DNA of 64,000 nt from Eledone cirrhosa (lineage: Eukaryota), in the NCBI GenBank assembly GCA_964016885.1, contig OZ024749.1:7626001-7690000 (forward strand), read 5' to 3'. Shown piece after piece: positions 27,000-41,464 of this stretch. Both the position numbers and the translations under genes were made by a program. Below the pieces are notes generated by a model. It was not told the origin of the DNA. It did no database searches and saw nothing but the letters and a program-made list of their open reading frames with translations. Position 1 is the stretch's first letter; the number at the start of each line of letters is the position of its first letter.

Positions 27000-27662
27000 T
27001 ATATATATATACTCGGAATATATACACATAGCTATGGACGCGCAAACACATACATTCACATATGCCGACATACTGCAACAGCCATCTATATATGTCTGTG
27101 TGTCTGTGTGTCTGTGTGTTTGTGTCTTTGTAAAAAATCAGATTTCTGACCATGTACATTACAATAATGCGATATAACTAACCCCGATCTTCGGCTTTTA
27201 GTCCCACAAAGCCACGGTTTGCCTACTTTCGCAATCAAATAATTCAGTATTCTTGAGAGCAAATTCTCTCACGAAATATCCTGTTGTTTGAGGCATAAAT
27301 CATCTATATATTGTAAAAGCACAAAGAATACACTCATTCTTTTATTTCGATGGTCGCCATTTAAAATCAGTTTTATTTATGTTTATTTGCCTAAACTTCG
27401 ACGCTATTTTAAATTTGTCTGTTTTGTTTTTGTTTGTTTGATTTTTTGGGTTTGTTTGGGATTTTTTTTTCTTACTATAGCAACTATGAATGTCTGTTAA
27501 TTTTGCTAACATTAGATAATGCTATGCACACTCGCGATTTTCAACATTTTTGCTAAGTATACAATCGTCTACAATGGCAAGTCTGCTTGGTCAATGTACA
27601 TAATTGGATATTAGTTTTGAACGCCAAAACTGAATAAAGATTTTAAGTCTCGTGACTATTGC

Positions 27663-29702
27663 TGAATCATTGGACTTCAGGGCGATGGTGTCTACCATGT
27701 GTATATCTCCTGATATAGCTGTATCGTATTCTATCTTATCACAGGAGTATATTTACCTATATATCTATGTATGCATTCATGTAGAAACATATATTGGTTT
27801 ACGATTTAGGCACAATGCCAGTAAGGAGCAACATTGATTAAATCAACCCATATGTTTGACTGGTATGCATGGATATATGGTTCTGTAACTCCTGATAGAG
27901 TCGTAGGGGCCGACGTATTAACATATGGCGTTTCAAGCCTAGCGGTGCCCATCACCTTTTCAGCCAGATTTCTTCCAGAGAGAAGAAGAATCGCCTCCAG
28001 TACTAAACCGGTAGTTTTTTTTTTTATTAACCTCGAAAGGATGAAAGGCAAAGTCGACCTCGGCAGGATTTGAACTCAAAGAGCAGAGAGCCGGAATAAA
28101 TTCCACGAAATATTCTATCCAACGTTCTAACAACCCTGTCAGTGCGTCACTTTGCTTGACTGGTACTTTCATTTATTGAACTCTGAAGAATGAAGCGTAA
28201 AGTTGATCAAAGCGGGGTTTGAAAAGAGAATATAAAGTGTTAGAACAAACTCTCTAATGTCCAATTTAGGTATTCCAGCCCTTTTCAATGTAGCTGGATC
28301 TGCCATCTTAGTAGTAGGAGGTTCTATAGAGTTCATCTTTGACAGGAGAGAGGACGACCGTGTAGTTGTCATAGATGTGACAGGGGTAGCTTCTCTTTTA
28401 ATAACTGCAGGGTTCAATACTGTTTCAGTTAAGTGACCCACAGAAGACCTGTAGACAACTGTTGCTTTTTAGCCAAAACTCTACCAATCCTGCATATCCA
28501 CCATTTTCTAGAAACATATTTTAACATACATTTGGTGATGTTTATGTATGTAGGTGTGTATATATCTACTCATCGTAATGTCTCGTCTAACGAAACAGAG
28601 ACACATTTTATAAGGTTTATTCAAATAATTATTTCTACTTTTGGCACAAGGCCAGCAATTACCCCAGTGCATTAATGGTACTTTATTTTATCGACCCCGT
28701 AAAATGAAAGGTAAAGTTAACCTCCGCGGGATTTGAACTCAGAACGTCAAGGGCCGTAACTATATGCTGAAAAACCTGGCGTCCGGCCGTCTACCGATAC
28801 TGCCAATCCACCGCCCTTTATTCAAATAATTGTTTCTACTTTTGGCACAAGGCCAGCAATTACCCAGTACAATACTGGTACTTTATTTTATCGACCCTGT
28901 AAGGATGAAAGGCAAAGTTAACCTCAGCGGGATTTGAACTCAGACCGTAAAGGGACGAATGAGTATATATAAGCAAATATAAACAGTTCTCAACACAAAG
29001 TAGAGTTACATTGGATATTCAAGGGTCTTTGGTTTGTTATGAACAGAGAAAGGAAGGGAAAGGTAAGGGCTCTAGTGTCACAGAAGAATGAGGAGCGGAG
29101 GGTAGTGTTGATGGGCTCTAGGCCTAGGGAGTGGGGAGTATTTCAGATTTGGGTAAATCTTCAGTCTTCTGATACTAGCAAAAAAACCATTGATCTCAAC
29201 ACTGAATCTTAAGTCATACAACCAGTACTAAGATTTTATGTCATCTGTGTATCATAATGTCATGTGTTCGATTCCTTTGCTGGCTTGCGTGTTGTGTTCT
29301 TGAGCAAAACACTTCATTTCACGTTGCTCTAGTACCCTCAATGAAAATTAGTACCAGTAACAGGTGGGGGTTTAACCCTGCTTTGGACTGACGTCCTGTC
29401 TCTCAGTCGATTTACGCCACGAAACTGGGATAGGCACCGAAATAACGAGCCTTCTGGCTTGAGACAGATTTTAGACTTTAGACTTGGGTGTATAGTCTGG
29501 TCATTTTATTCCTCTTCTGGCTATACTCTGGTTTTAGTATGATATTCTCTAACTACATTTTAGTTGTTAGTTGTTTTTCTTTTCACACTGTAGAAATTTC
29601 ACGTCGCTTTACTTCTAACGAAGCGTTGGACGTCAGGATAATGGTATATGTGAAGAGTATATCTCCTGAGATAACAGCGTCATATTCTTTTATATCACAG
29701 AA
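27663..29702 (-). pseudogene. Possible relic of a repeated-domain coding sequence, disrupted by SINEs
   Basis: 27663-27746 and 29619-29702 align without gaps: 16/28 identical residues (CD..EYD..ISGDI....TI.L.SN.S), 6 of them through synonymous codons; S/T/P-rich open stretches at 27870-27990 and 28250-28450. Confidence 0.3.
28626..28958 (-). mobile_element. Two adjacent Deu/Nin SINEs
   Basis: First copy flanked by tttattcaaataatt duplication (28616, 28817); second copy is head-truncated. Confidence 0.85.
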
Positions 29703-29718
29703 TGCTATCTGCCCACTT

Positions 29719-29811
<93 letters not shown>

Positions 29812-29814
<3 letters not shown>

Positions 29815-30242
29815 GATATTAAACAAATGGAAACTATATTTATAAAACCATATTTATTTCGTTATATATATTTCTGGGATATCATATTAAAAATATGTTA
29901 TGCCTTCCTCAGACAAAATACAATACATAAGCTGTTTTATAAATAATTAGTGACATACCTTTTGAGAATGCAACTTCCTTTTAAAAAAGTTGATTTGGTA
30001 GTGAAACTGTTATGATAGTTATATAGAAAGAAAACGAAGATGAGAAGAAGAAGGTGAAGAGATGTATGTAAATAAAAAGAAGAAGATGAAGAGATGTATG
30101 CAAAGAGAAAAGAGATGTATGTAAAGAAAAACAACGGAGCGAGATAGAGAGACAAGGATAGAGATACAGAAACTGTCGAGTGCTTTTATATCAGTTATAA
30201 AATATTTACTCGTTGTAACCCAACAATCTTAAATAAAACTTT

Positions 30243-30246
<4 letters not shown>
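29812..30246. mobile_element. Diverged family D element: HHR body on minus (29855-29920) plus inverted tail (30170-30246)
   Basis: tattttgt-CTGAGGA-..-GAA-ATATATAT-A-acgaaata; compensatory A-U to G-C change in stem I relative to 120-184. Confidence 0.75.
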
Positions 30247-30278
<32 letters not shown>

Positions 30279-30639
30279 TGCATTGTTCTGGCCTTCTAAT
30301 TCCAAACGTTTATATATATGTATATATATATGTGTGTTTGCATGTATGTAGAAATATGCATTGTTTGCTGTGTTATGATATTCTTTAACTATATAGTTGA
30401 TAGATTTTTCTACAAACTTTCAGTTATCTCTTCTTCCTTACAACAAGACTCTGTCACTTCAGACGCTCTGTATATTTATTGGCTTCCTTAAAAAAAAAAG
30501 AAACTGTTTTCTGTTTTAGGTTTAATATTTCATAATGATTAGTAATAGCTTCCCTTCATTCCTTACACGTAATGTCTATAGACCTGCAGCAGATATAATT
30601 CTTTTCTAATCGCAGAAAGATTCAACGTCTCTGCATTCT

Positions 30640-30940
30640 TGATATATTTAGAAACTCGGACGTACTTGGACCCTACACTGCCGATCTCCTCTGTAAGATC
30701 GGAACGTTCGCGACCCGGCTGAGCATGGAGCCCCGCGAGGTGGGATTGCTGTTGGAGCAGGTGTCACTGGTCATAGTCCGCAGGAATTCATTTGCCTAAT
30801 TGTCCATGCGGTGCAGACCCATAACTGCCGCCCCCTAGGCCCAGAGCTCACTCACCCTCCCCATTCTTCAATGACACTAAAACCCTTGCCTTTCCCTTCC
30901 TTTTCCATTTGTTTTATATGTTCTTATTTTACATTCCATT
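30640..30940 (+). mobile_element. 3' end of a CRE-clade non-LTR retrotransposon (3' UTR copy on minus at 29040-29140)
   Basis: Translates DVLGPYTADLLCKIG..EPREVGLLLEQVSLVIVRRNSFA*, resembling the CRE C-terminal (QRLSLAIQRGN-type) motif; UTR matches the reverse complement of 29045-29135. Confidence 0.65.
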
Positions 30941-31812
30941 TTTTATAACCATTATGGCCGAATGTCTAACGAGTTAATGAGTTCGCTTTAAAATCCTTAG
31001 ATTCTAGGTTCGATTCCACACCTTGGCATCTTAAGCAAGTGTCATTAATATTTCCACGAGAGCTGCTGTGTCTTTGTGAGTGAAACACCGTTGATAGAAA
31101 CCTTTACGAAACTAGTCGAATGGACTTTACCTATAATTCAAATGGCCGGCCTGGTCAGATATTGTGTCATGCCAACTTATTCTGAGAATAGAATTGCATT
31201 AAATCCACACTCTGCCATTTAGTCGATAATGTCATAAGCAAGTTGTTATGTTTATCAACTGACTTAGACAATTACCGTCGAAAACAGACGATGTTTCATT
31301 CGATTTGGGTTGATTATTCTACATGTAACCAACATTCTGCTTTTGTACTAGATTGCAGAACCATTAGAGCGTCAGACAAAAATGCTTTGCATCATTTAGT
31401 TACAACCCTTCACGTTCTATGTTCAAATATCGTCATGGTTAGATTTGCTTTCTAATCCTTGCGGATTCGATAAAATAAGTTACCAGTCATGCATTGGGAA
31501 CTATTCTTTCGACTCCACCACACTATAAATTAGTGCCTAAATCAGAATTTAGTCTTTTAGTTATATTTCCTACCTCTTGAAATGAGAAGATTGTCAGTGT
31601 GTCACATTGCTGGAATATATAGTTATTGGTCTCTATTAGTTTATGTTTTACATTCAGGTTTGTTTAGATATTACTCCAGGGTATGATATTCCTCTGTAAC
31701 ACGTCATCAAATATTGTCTCACACTTATTTCATTGGCCAACATATCTGTTAATACTTTTTCTGGTTTACTTTAATTAAAACGAGACACAGAAGACATATT
31801 TCATATATACAT

Positions 31813-31945
<133 letters not shown>

Positions 31946-31950
31946 CATAC

Positions 31951-31991
<41 letters not shown>

Positions 31992-32180
31992 CATATATAC
32001 ATATATATATACATACATACACACATATATATATATATATATATACATACATACATTCATACGCACACACAAATACATGCCTACATACATACATACATAT
32101 ATACATGCATACACACACATATACATATATGTATGCATACATACATGCATATATACATACGCACACATATGTATATATAT

Positions 32181-32239
<59 letters not shown>

Positions 32240-32443
32240 TATATATATGGAGTTAAACGATGAAGTTACGTTTATATGTGTTAGGCTTTTTATTATGTAT
32301 CAACCTGATATGCGTGTTTCACCGACGATTGGCTCGGGGTCACTGAAAGAAGTTATGGACCCGTTTTTCTTAATATATACACTCAGCTTGTGCATCCAGT
32401 GATGGATTAGATCCCACCACCAGAAATTCACTGAATCACATAC

Positions 32444-32523
<80 letters not shown>

Positions 32524-32553
32524 TATATTTATATATACATATATATATATATA

Positions 32554-32819
<266 letters not shown>

Positions 32820-33017
32820 CTGAGGCAGTGGATTTGCAGGAAGAATGCTCTGCAGTATTCGTTCTTGTCCTTTTTTCTCTCAGTTCAAATCCTTAACCTC
32901 TCAAATGTAAAATTTGCCATTCATCCATTTGTGGTCAATAAAAACGAACCAGTCTAGTACTGGGGTCAATTCTTCTTCAATGTATCTTTCTCTTCCTCTC
33001 TCTCTCTCTCTCTTTCC

Positions 33018-33054
<37 letters not shown>

Positions 33055-33204
33055 CTCCCTATCCGTCTCTCTACTTCTTTGGAAGAAATCTATAGTTTTC
33101 AGAGATGGAGAGATGGTCTCGGATGGGTTTAAAATAAAATGCCCACGATAAAATGTCTATATGGCATCCTGACCAATCCAAAATGGAGTTATGGGTCCGT
33201 AAGC

Positions 33205-33267
<63 letters not shown>

Positions 33268-33289
33268 TAACAAGTCAACGAATGAACGA

Positions 33290-33810
33290 CCTTCGAGATA
33301 TAACAGCTAAATCACCCTCGTCTTCACCAAATGCTACTGACTTTCAAAATATGAATCAAGATAACTTATGCATCGTAATGAAACGTCGGGAGGGTCACGG
33401 ATGGATCAATTTTTATGACGTGTTTATCGAGATTGGAGTTGACTCGAGAATAACGCTACAGCAGCGACAACAACAACAACGACGACAACAACAACAACGA
33501 TGACGACGAAAACAACAACAACACCGCCGTCAAGGACGACGATGACAACAACAAGAACAATGAGGAGGAGAGCGACAATGACAACAACAACGCTGATGAG
33601 GACAACAACAACAACAGAGACAACAACTGTAGAAACCTCTAAGCATTTGCTCGTCCTGATATATTTCCAAGCCAAGTTTCCATCGAATAGAATATAAACC
33701 CTATATTTAGTGATGCAATAAAGATGGGATGATCATGGGTGGAACATATTTGATCACTGGTTTATCGATTGGAACTGATCTGCGGATAAAACAACAACAA
33801 CAACAATAAC
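33290..33810 (+). mobile_element. Old (CAA)n-tailed retroposon remnants (also 34495-34600 minus, 57820-58000)
   Basis: Two diverged copies each ending in acaacaac tails. Confidence 0.45.
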
Positions 33811-35188
33811 TACAAGAAGCAGTTGACCTCATTGACCTCTACTCTAACTAATCAGTTTACTTAATCGACCATTGACAGCCATTATTATTTCCAGTAGTGA
33901 TTCAGATAATGCTATGCCTTTCTCCTGCCTTTCCTCCATTTTCTTTTGACTTTCTTTCATTACGATCTATTAATTCTGTTATGACACCCAAGTGACATCC
34001 TGAACGTAGGCAGCTTCTACTAATACCCAAGGAGAAACATCATGAAAAAAAAGAAGAAAAGAAAAAGAAAAAAAAAAGAAATAAAAAGAAAAAGAAAAGA
34101 GAAAAGTGAAAAGAGAGAAAGTTATCAGCAACGTCTCAAAGGAGTGGGGAAACATTCTTTGATCAACTCATTGGCATTCATTGCATTTAAATGATAAGAG
34201 GAATTGTGTTACTTCTGTTGGAAAATTTCAAAGTATTTATCGTGGAAAAACAAAAAATAATAATAACGATCATAAAAACATAAAATAATAGAGAAAATAA
34301 TTGCTCGTTTGCTTAAGAGTTTTCGGTTTTCTTATGGAAACACATACGTAACAGATTCGTGTGTATTTAATAGTAGCAGTACAAGTATATAATGGCTTAT
34401 AGGTCTGTCAAGAGAATTAAACCTCTCGCTTATGATGTCAAACCTCTCTTTTGTATTATTTGTTGTTGTATAATATGTCATGAATTATTTACACAGTTGT
34501 TGTTGTAGTTTAGCTTCAAGTCATCTCTAATCAAGTTTTAATGATCAAAAAGATTCCAGCCATGTCCCACACGCTTGATTTGTTTTCTATTTTTTTTTTT
34601 TTTTTTTTAAACTTCAAGCAGTTGACTATATTGTTCTCACTGAGGCTCCCTTGTTGTCTCAACTCCGTTTCAAATGACAAAGTAGCTACTACAAATATAT
34701 GATGCCCAGGAGCAGAGGTTTTCAATCACTATCTTGCTACACATTTCTGATGTTTCGCGACTGGTCGGCAGGGGTACCATGAGATTTTTGTGTAGATTGA
34801 AATACGCCATGATACTTTAAACATTTTGTTTTTAATGCAACGCTCCCTGCTGTGCATGTCTATTCCTTTTCTGCAATATACAATGTGTTTTTAAGCAGTT
34901 TTATTCAACGCTTGTTTTCCTTTAATAGATCATATAAAAGTTTAGTGCCTTGTTTAATGTAACATTGATTGAAAAAAGCTGAAATGCGTTGCTCCAAGGA
35001 GTCAAATTTAAATTTATTTCCCAATACAGTGAGATGAAAGAAAGGAGAATTGAAGGACTTCTTGCTGTTTAATCTTTTCATGTTATGAAACTAAACATAT
35101 TCCAGGGTCGTCAATGACTGTGAGTCTTCTAGAGTTGACAAAGACAACACTGTTTATATAATCTCCTATCTCCCATGGTCTAGTATAC

Positions 35189-36294
35189 ATAGGTACCACA
35201 GCTGTAATATACTATTATATAGGTACCACAACTGTAATGTACTATTATATAGGTACCACAACTATAATATACTATTATATAGGTACCACAACTGTAATAT
35301 GATATTATATAGGTACCACAACTGTAATATGATATTATATAGGTACCACAACTGTAATATGATATTATATAGGTACCACAACTGTAATGTACTATTATAT
35401 AGGTACCACAACTATAATATACTATCATATAGGTACCACAACTATAAAATACTATCATATAGGTACCACAACTGTAATATACTATTATATAGGTACCACA
35501 ACTATAATATACTATTATATAGGTACCACAACTGTAATATACTATTATATAGGTACCACAACTGTAATATACTATCATATAGGTACCACAACTATAATAT
35601 ACTATTATATAGGTATCACTACTGTAATATACTATTATATTGGTACCACAACTATAATATACTATCATATAGGTACCACAACTATAATATACTATTATAT
35701 AGGTACCACAACTATAAAATACTATCATATAGGTACCACAACTGTAATATACTATTATATTGGTACCACAACTGTAATATACTTTTATATAGGTACCACA
35801 ACTATAATATACTATTATATAGGTACCACTACTGTAATATACTATTATATAGGTACCACTACTGTAATATACTATTATATAGGTACCACAACTGTAATAT
35901 ACTATTATATAGGTACCACAACTGTAATATAATATTATATAGGTACCGCAACTGTAATATAATATTATATAGGTACCACAACTGTAATATACTATTATAT
36001 AGGTACCACAACTGTAATATACTATTATATAGGTACCACAACTGTAATATACTATTATATAGGTACCACAACTATAATGTACTATTATATAGGTACCACT
36101 ACTGTAATATACTATTATATAGGTACCACAACTATAATGTACTATTATATAGGTACCACAACTGTAATATACTATTATATAGGTACCACAACTATAATGT
36201 ACTATTATATAGGCACCACTACTGTAATATACTATTATATAGGTACCACAACTATAATGTACTATTATATAGGTACCACAACTGTAATATACTT
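35189..36294. repeat. 30-bp minisatellite, 37 units
   Basis: Consensus ataggtaccacaactgtaatatactattat in exact 30-bp phase from 35191 to 36271. Confidence 0.97.
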
Positions 36295-36890
36295 TAACAG
36301 TTCCAACGCTGGAATGTGTGCATGTGTATATGCTTTGTATCTGCACATGTGTATATGCAGTTATTAAATGCAAAATTTTTGGAATGTCTTACATATTTTT
36401 ACTGTTCCATTAATGGATTGTACTTGTAATTTCCTTACTAGTTTTGTTCTTTCTGTTTCTCTGAAGCCCGGCTTCTCAATATTTGTATTGAGGCAATTAC
36501 TAACATACCTCAGTGCCCCAATAATCACAGGTATAAATCTGAAGGTATAGTTAGGGTGTAGTATCTGCAGATTTCTCATCAGTTCTGCATAAATATTCTC
36601 CTTTACACTAATCTTTGATATTATATTGGCATCTGCTGGGCAGCTAAGTTCCACTACTTTGCATGCCTTCTTCTCCCTGTCCCATATCATAATATCTGGA
36701 CTGCTTTGCTTGCATTTTATCAGGGTTTTTACTGGAACATTCCACCAGTACTCTTTCATATTATGTACATGGATATCTTCCACATTGCTGTAGCTTTCTT
36801 ATCTACCGATTGCATTGTACAGTGTTTTGGCCACTACATCATGCCTCAGGTAAATAGTACTGCGATGAAATCTTTGGACAGCTGCTGATG
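36295..36890 (-). mobile_element. R4/Dong 3' fragment (RLE domain, frameshifted)
   Basis: SSCPKISSQYYL / RHDVVAKTLY / EYWWN..PDIMIWD..VVELSCP..GTVKICKTF; paralogous to 22313-22800. Confidence 0.88.
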
Positions 36891-36977
36891 ACATGTATGT
36901 ATATATGTATATATGTACGTATGTGTGTATGTATGTATGTATGTATGTATGTATGTATGTATATATGTATATATGTA

Positions 36978-37250
36978 TGGTCACCACTTGGTGCTACTGG
37001 TAACATGTATCCCAGTACAACCTGTCTCATCGTCGGGTCATTGGCCACTAAACTGGCAACCCCACTAAGGTTTCTTGGTGAGGAGGGTGACTTTGGACAT
37101 CCTACAGGACTAAAAACAAAACCTGTCAAAGGGCAGAGGAGCTCTTAAGAGTCAATGGCCATCCAAAATCACCGGGAGAGATGACCCCTTAGCCTTTGTC
37201 AAGGCAGAATTCTAGGAGAAGGAAAACTCTGATATAACACCTGCAACCCT
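36978..37250 (+). mobile_element. 5' part of the RTE-like retroposon
   Basis: Matches 21401-21672; interrupted at a TA by the PLE that follows. Confidence 0.8.
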
Positions 37251-37256
37251 ATATAT

Positions 37257-38360
37257 ATTAGTAAACGGAAAAGAAGATGCTGACAAATTGTTCCCAGTGA
37301 AAAATAGTTTAATTAGGAATAAGTAAAAATTAGTAATAGTATTGGTTAGTATTCAGTTTTGGTTTTAAGTTTTACCGGTTGCGCATTTCTAATGCTTTTC
37401 AAAAATAATTTTGAGATAGAGCGCCCTAGATGTTTGTTCTAATCTCTCTATATATATAGTGTTATACTTTGGGAGTGTCATGTTGCCAGTAAAAATACAC
37501 GCACCTTGTGATTTCACTTAAATTTATTATATATTTGCGGTTGGTTGGTTCCATAACCGGAAGGATGTTTATATATTATCAAAGCTCTTTCGTAACACAT
37601 TCTGTGACCTCCTCAGTGACTAGGTTTTTACTTTATTCTGTCCTACACCATTTTGTTTTTGTGTGTTGTGTGGTTAGTTTGCGCATGTGTTACAGCTGGG
37701 TGTGTGTGTTTTTTTATTCCTTTATTCATGTGTTTATTTACGTGTCAGTAGTTGGTTGTTTGTTCTATCTGTGTGTGTCTGATTTGTTTTGTTAGTTTGG
37801 TTTTGTGTGTGTCTGTATGTCTTCATTTTGTCCTTAGTTACTAGTTGTGATGTTGCTATTCCACTCATGTTTTCTGTTTAAATTTGGTTGGAGGTCATTT
37901 ATATTTGTTGCCTCTGTGATTTGTCTGAGCATTGCATCTTTTCTGTGTGTGGGTATAATTTTTATCTCTCTGTTCTCTACTGCGCCCCTATGTTCTATTT
38001 TGGCATGTTGGCTGAGTACTGATGAGCATTTTCCATCTTGGAGTGCTCGCCAGTGTTCACTTATCATTTCTCCTATGCTACGGGCTGTTTCACCTATGTA
38101 TGTTATATTCTTATTCCTACACTGTCCCTCAGTACATCTTAGGCTATATACTACGTTCCTAGTTTTGCAGTTAATTTGTTGGCTTAGCTTGCAGACTATG
38201 CATTTCCTATCATCACAAGGGATCTTTGAAATGGGTATGTTTTGCTAATTCGGGTTTTTATAGAAATACCTTGTCTTTCAACTATCTTATTATTTAATTT
38301 AAGCTTGTCCACGGCCCTTCTAAATCTATAAGTTAGTTCGCCTCTAGGGGTTGATGAACA
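37257..38360 (-). mobile_element. Penelope-like element 3' portion: GIY-YIG endonuclease (CCHH type) plus pseudo-LTR (family G)
   Basis: Minus frame ~38245-37834: PCDDRKCIVC..NCKTRNVVYSLRCTEGQC..YIGETAR..EH..H..E..LN. Confidence 0.88.
37577..37622 (-). ncRNA. Minimal type I HHR in the PLE 3' pseudo-LTR
   Basis: gtca-CTGAGGA-ggtcacagaatgtgttac-GAA-AGAGCT-T-tgat; second copy at 55777-55819. Confidence 0.7.
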
Positions 38361-38594
38361 TTACACTCCGGTATTTATTGCTATCATGCCATGAACTTAT
38401 TTTTTTGCCTTATTCTTAATCGTTTCTATTCTGTTCAAAAATGTTCTCCTATATATGGGGCAAGTCCCATTTGCATCATTTTCTACAATCTTTGCCCATT
38501 TAGTTCTGGCTCCTTTATATACCCTGATCTTGTCTCTCTGCTTCAACACACGCAAAATAAATTCAAAGACGAATTATATATATATATATAATTC

Positions 38595-38667
<73 letters not shown>

Positions 38668-38695
38668 TACATATATATATACATATATATTATAT

Positions 38696-38726
<31 letters not shown>

Positions 38727-39246
38727 GGAGAGAGAGAGATACATACATACATATATTAATACACACACACATATATATATACGTACAGAGGAAGATAAGA
38801 ACGACAAAAGAAAAGCACGTTTACATGAAGATTCAATTTATTTGTAAGTTTTTGCTTTATATGGATTTTATCTGTGTATATTTATCTAGATTATTTCCAC
38901 CTAACAAGATTGATGTCTATATGTATTTAAGATGGCCGCTGTGCATATGTATTCAAGATGGCCGCTGAGCATATGAATTCACGAAGATTGATAACATATA
39001 AGTATTTATTATTTATATAAAGAAACGTCTAATCTACAGTTATGAATATATATCAGGGAACCAATATTTGCATCCCAGCTTTCATGTATACATACCATAT
39101 GATAATGTTTAGTAGTATTTAAACAAGTTCATATATGGGTATATTGTGTGTGTGTTTGTATGAGTACATATATATATATATGTGTATGTATAATATATTA
39201 TTTCTATTTATGTATATATATATATACATCATATATTATATATACA

Positions 39247-39324
<78 letters not shown>

Positions 39325-40218
39325 TATGTGTGTGTGTCTGTGTGTGTGAGAGAGAAAGAGAGAGAGAGAGAGAGAGATAGAGAGAGAAAGAAAGAATACA
39401 CACACATACACGCAAACATATATATATATATATACATATATATTCGTAATCAGAAAGAGAGAGAGAGAGAGTCAGAGAGAGAATAAGAAAAGAAAGATAG
39501 AGGGAGAGAGATAGAGAAAGATAGAGAGAGAAAGTGTGAGAGAGAGGGAATGTGTTAGTGGGGAATGCAATGAGATATTCACATGAGAATTGTGTAGTTC
39601 TTATATCTATCTTATTAACGCAGAATTCAGTAACTCGGATGTTTGGTTTCCAATCACGGTGTCTTAGGTTTGATATCACTGTGTAGCATCTATAGCAACT
39701 GTCTTTGCCATAGCTTCCACAGATCCACGCCGTGGAAATTAGTTAAACAGTTCGCTTTTCAGACATTATTGCTGAGGGTTGATCCTATTGCCTAGCTCCA
39801 AGATCAATGCTTTATGCCTTGGATATAAGTAAGCCTTGAAGATTGGTTAAGAAGTTCACTTCTCAATCGTGAGTAAATGCTTGATTTCATGCAGCTTGAA
39901 ATTTCAGCTGAAGATAAACCTTTTGAGTGGCATTTCGGAGAAGTGAAACTCCGCCCGGATTGCAACCGTAATTAAAATGTTAGAGATTTTAAAAATATAT
40001 TTATATATTACAATTTACAACACACTAATTTCCATTATAAATCACATTAATGTCCCACGTATCTGTGGTATACGATAGCAACGTGTAGTTGATAGAACGA
40101 CTAACTGATCTTCGTCGAAACCAACGGAGAATCCATCATATGTATAAAAAAAACTTTTACTTTTCGTTACCTCATCTTACACTCCATTTTGTATTGTTTA
40201 GCCTTCTATCTCTTTGAA

Positions 40219-40255
<37 letters not shown>

Positions 40256-40272
40256 CATTCAAGCAAAATTTA

Positions 40273-40305
<33 letters not shown>

Positions 40306-40307
<2 letters not shown>

Positions 40308-40470
40308 ACAAAGGAATTGTGGTAAGGAAACAGATGGACCATAACGCACCAGACTACTTAGGGTAGTAGAGTGGGAAATAGGAAAAAGTATGACCCCGAC
40401 GGCAGAGCTCAAGCCGTTTCGACGGCTATTTCGATGGCTTGAGCTCTGCCGTCGGGGTCATACTTTTTCG
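40306..40470 (+). mobile_element. Family A fold-back element
   Basis: Asymmetric palindrome in (TA)n. Confidence 0.85.
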
Positions 40471-40728
40471 TATATATATATATATATATATATAACAAAA
40501 AAAAGAAACAATCAAACGCAGGAGTAAATGTTACATGGTATTATTAGCTTCACGCTTGGTGAGAGTGGTGGTGGGGGTATATATATATATGTGTGTGTGT
40601 GTTTGTGTGCGTGTGTATGTGTGTGTGTCTGAGTGTGTGCGTGTGTCTGTGTGTGTATGTGTATTTGTGTGTGTGCTACGTTTGGTACAAGATCAGTAAT
40701 TTGTACATCTATATATATGCATGGTGCC

Positions 40729-40780
<52 letters not shown>

Positions 40781-40782
<2 letters not shown>

Positions 40783-40966
40783 GAAGGAGTTGTGGTAAGG
40801 AACCAGATGTACCATAACGCACCAGAGTACTCAATACTTAGGGTAGTAGAGTGGGTAATAGGAAAAAGTATGACCCCGACGGCAGAGCTGAAGCCATTTC
40901 GACGGCTATTTCTGGAAATAGCCGTCGAAATGGCTTGAGCTCAGCCGTCGGGGTCATACTTTTTCC

Positions 40967-40968
<2 letters not shown>
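40781..40968 (+). mobile_element. Family A fold-back element
   Basis: Palindrome centred on atttctggaaat (~40912). Confidence 0.88.
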
Positions 40969-41009
<41 letters not shown>

Positions 41010-41121
41010 GTATGTATGTAAAAGGTAAAAAGAAATAATAACACAATCGGGTCAGTATATGGAAAGTATATATATATATATATAAGGAGTGAGAGGGACA
41101 ATGTGTGGTTACTGATAACAA

Positions 41122-41189
41122 GTGTTAGAAAGTAAGGGGGCACGAAGTAGAGATGTATCTCTTGTTCGTGTCCCCAAACTTTCTAACAC
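41122..41189. other. 68-nt imperfect hairpin
   Basis: gtgttagaaagt-aa-gggggcacgaa-gt-agagat/atctct-tg-ttcgtgtcccc-aa-actttctaacac. Confidence 0.7.
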
Positions 41190-41464
41190 GATATGCATAT
41201 GAATCCATTATATATACACGGGCACCAATCATATATATTCAAGTACAAATTATTGACCTTCTACCAAATATAGGAACAATTATTATTGTTATTTCTTTGA
41301 TAGTTTTGCTCTGCTCTATCTGTTGAAATTCCATGATTCTGTGATGTGACCAAGCTTTGTATTCTTTCTTAAATTTATTGTGGTTGGGAGAGTATAGCCA
41401 CGTCTTGTTAATGTATGCATTTGTTACGGAGTTTAGAATATAGTTGTGTTATATGTTCTTCATT

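Noticed and set aside
35180-36373. 397-aa repeat ORF, or a CRISPR-like array
   Set aside because: Head-to-tail 30-bp minisatellite with no unique spacers, in eukaryotic context.
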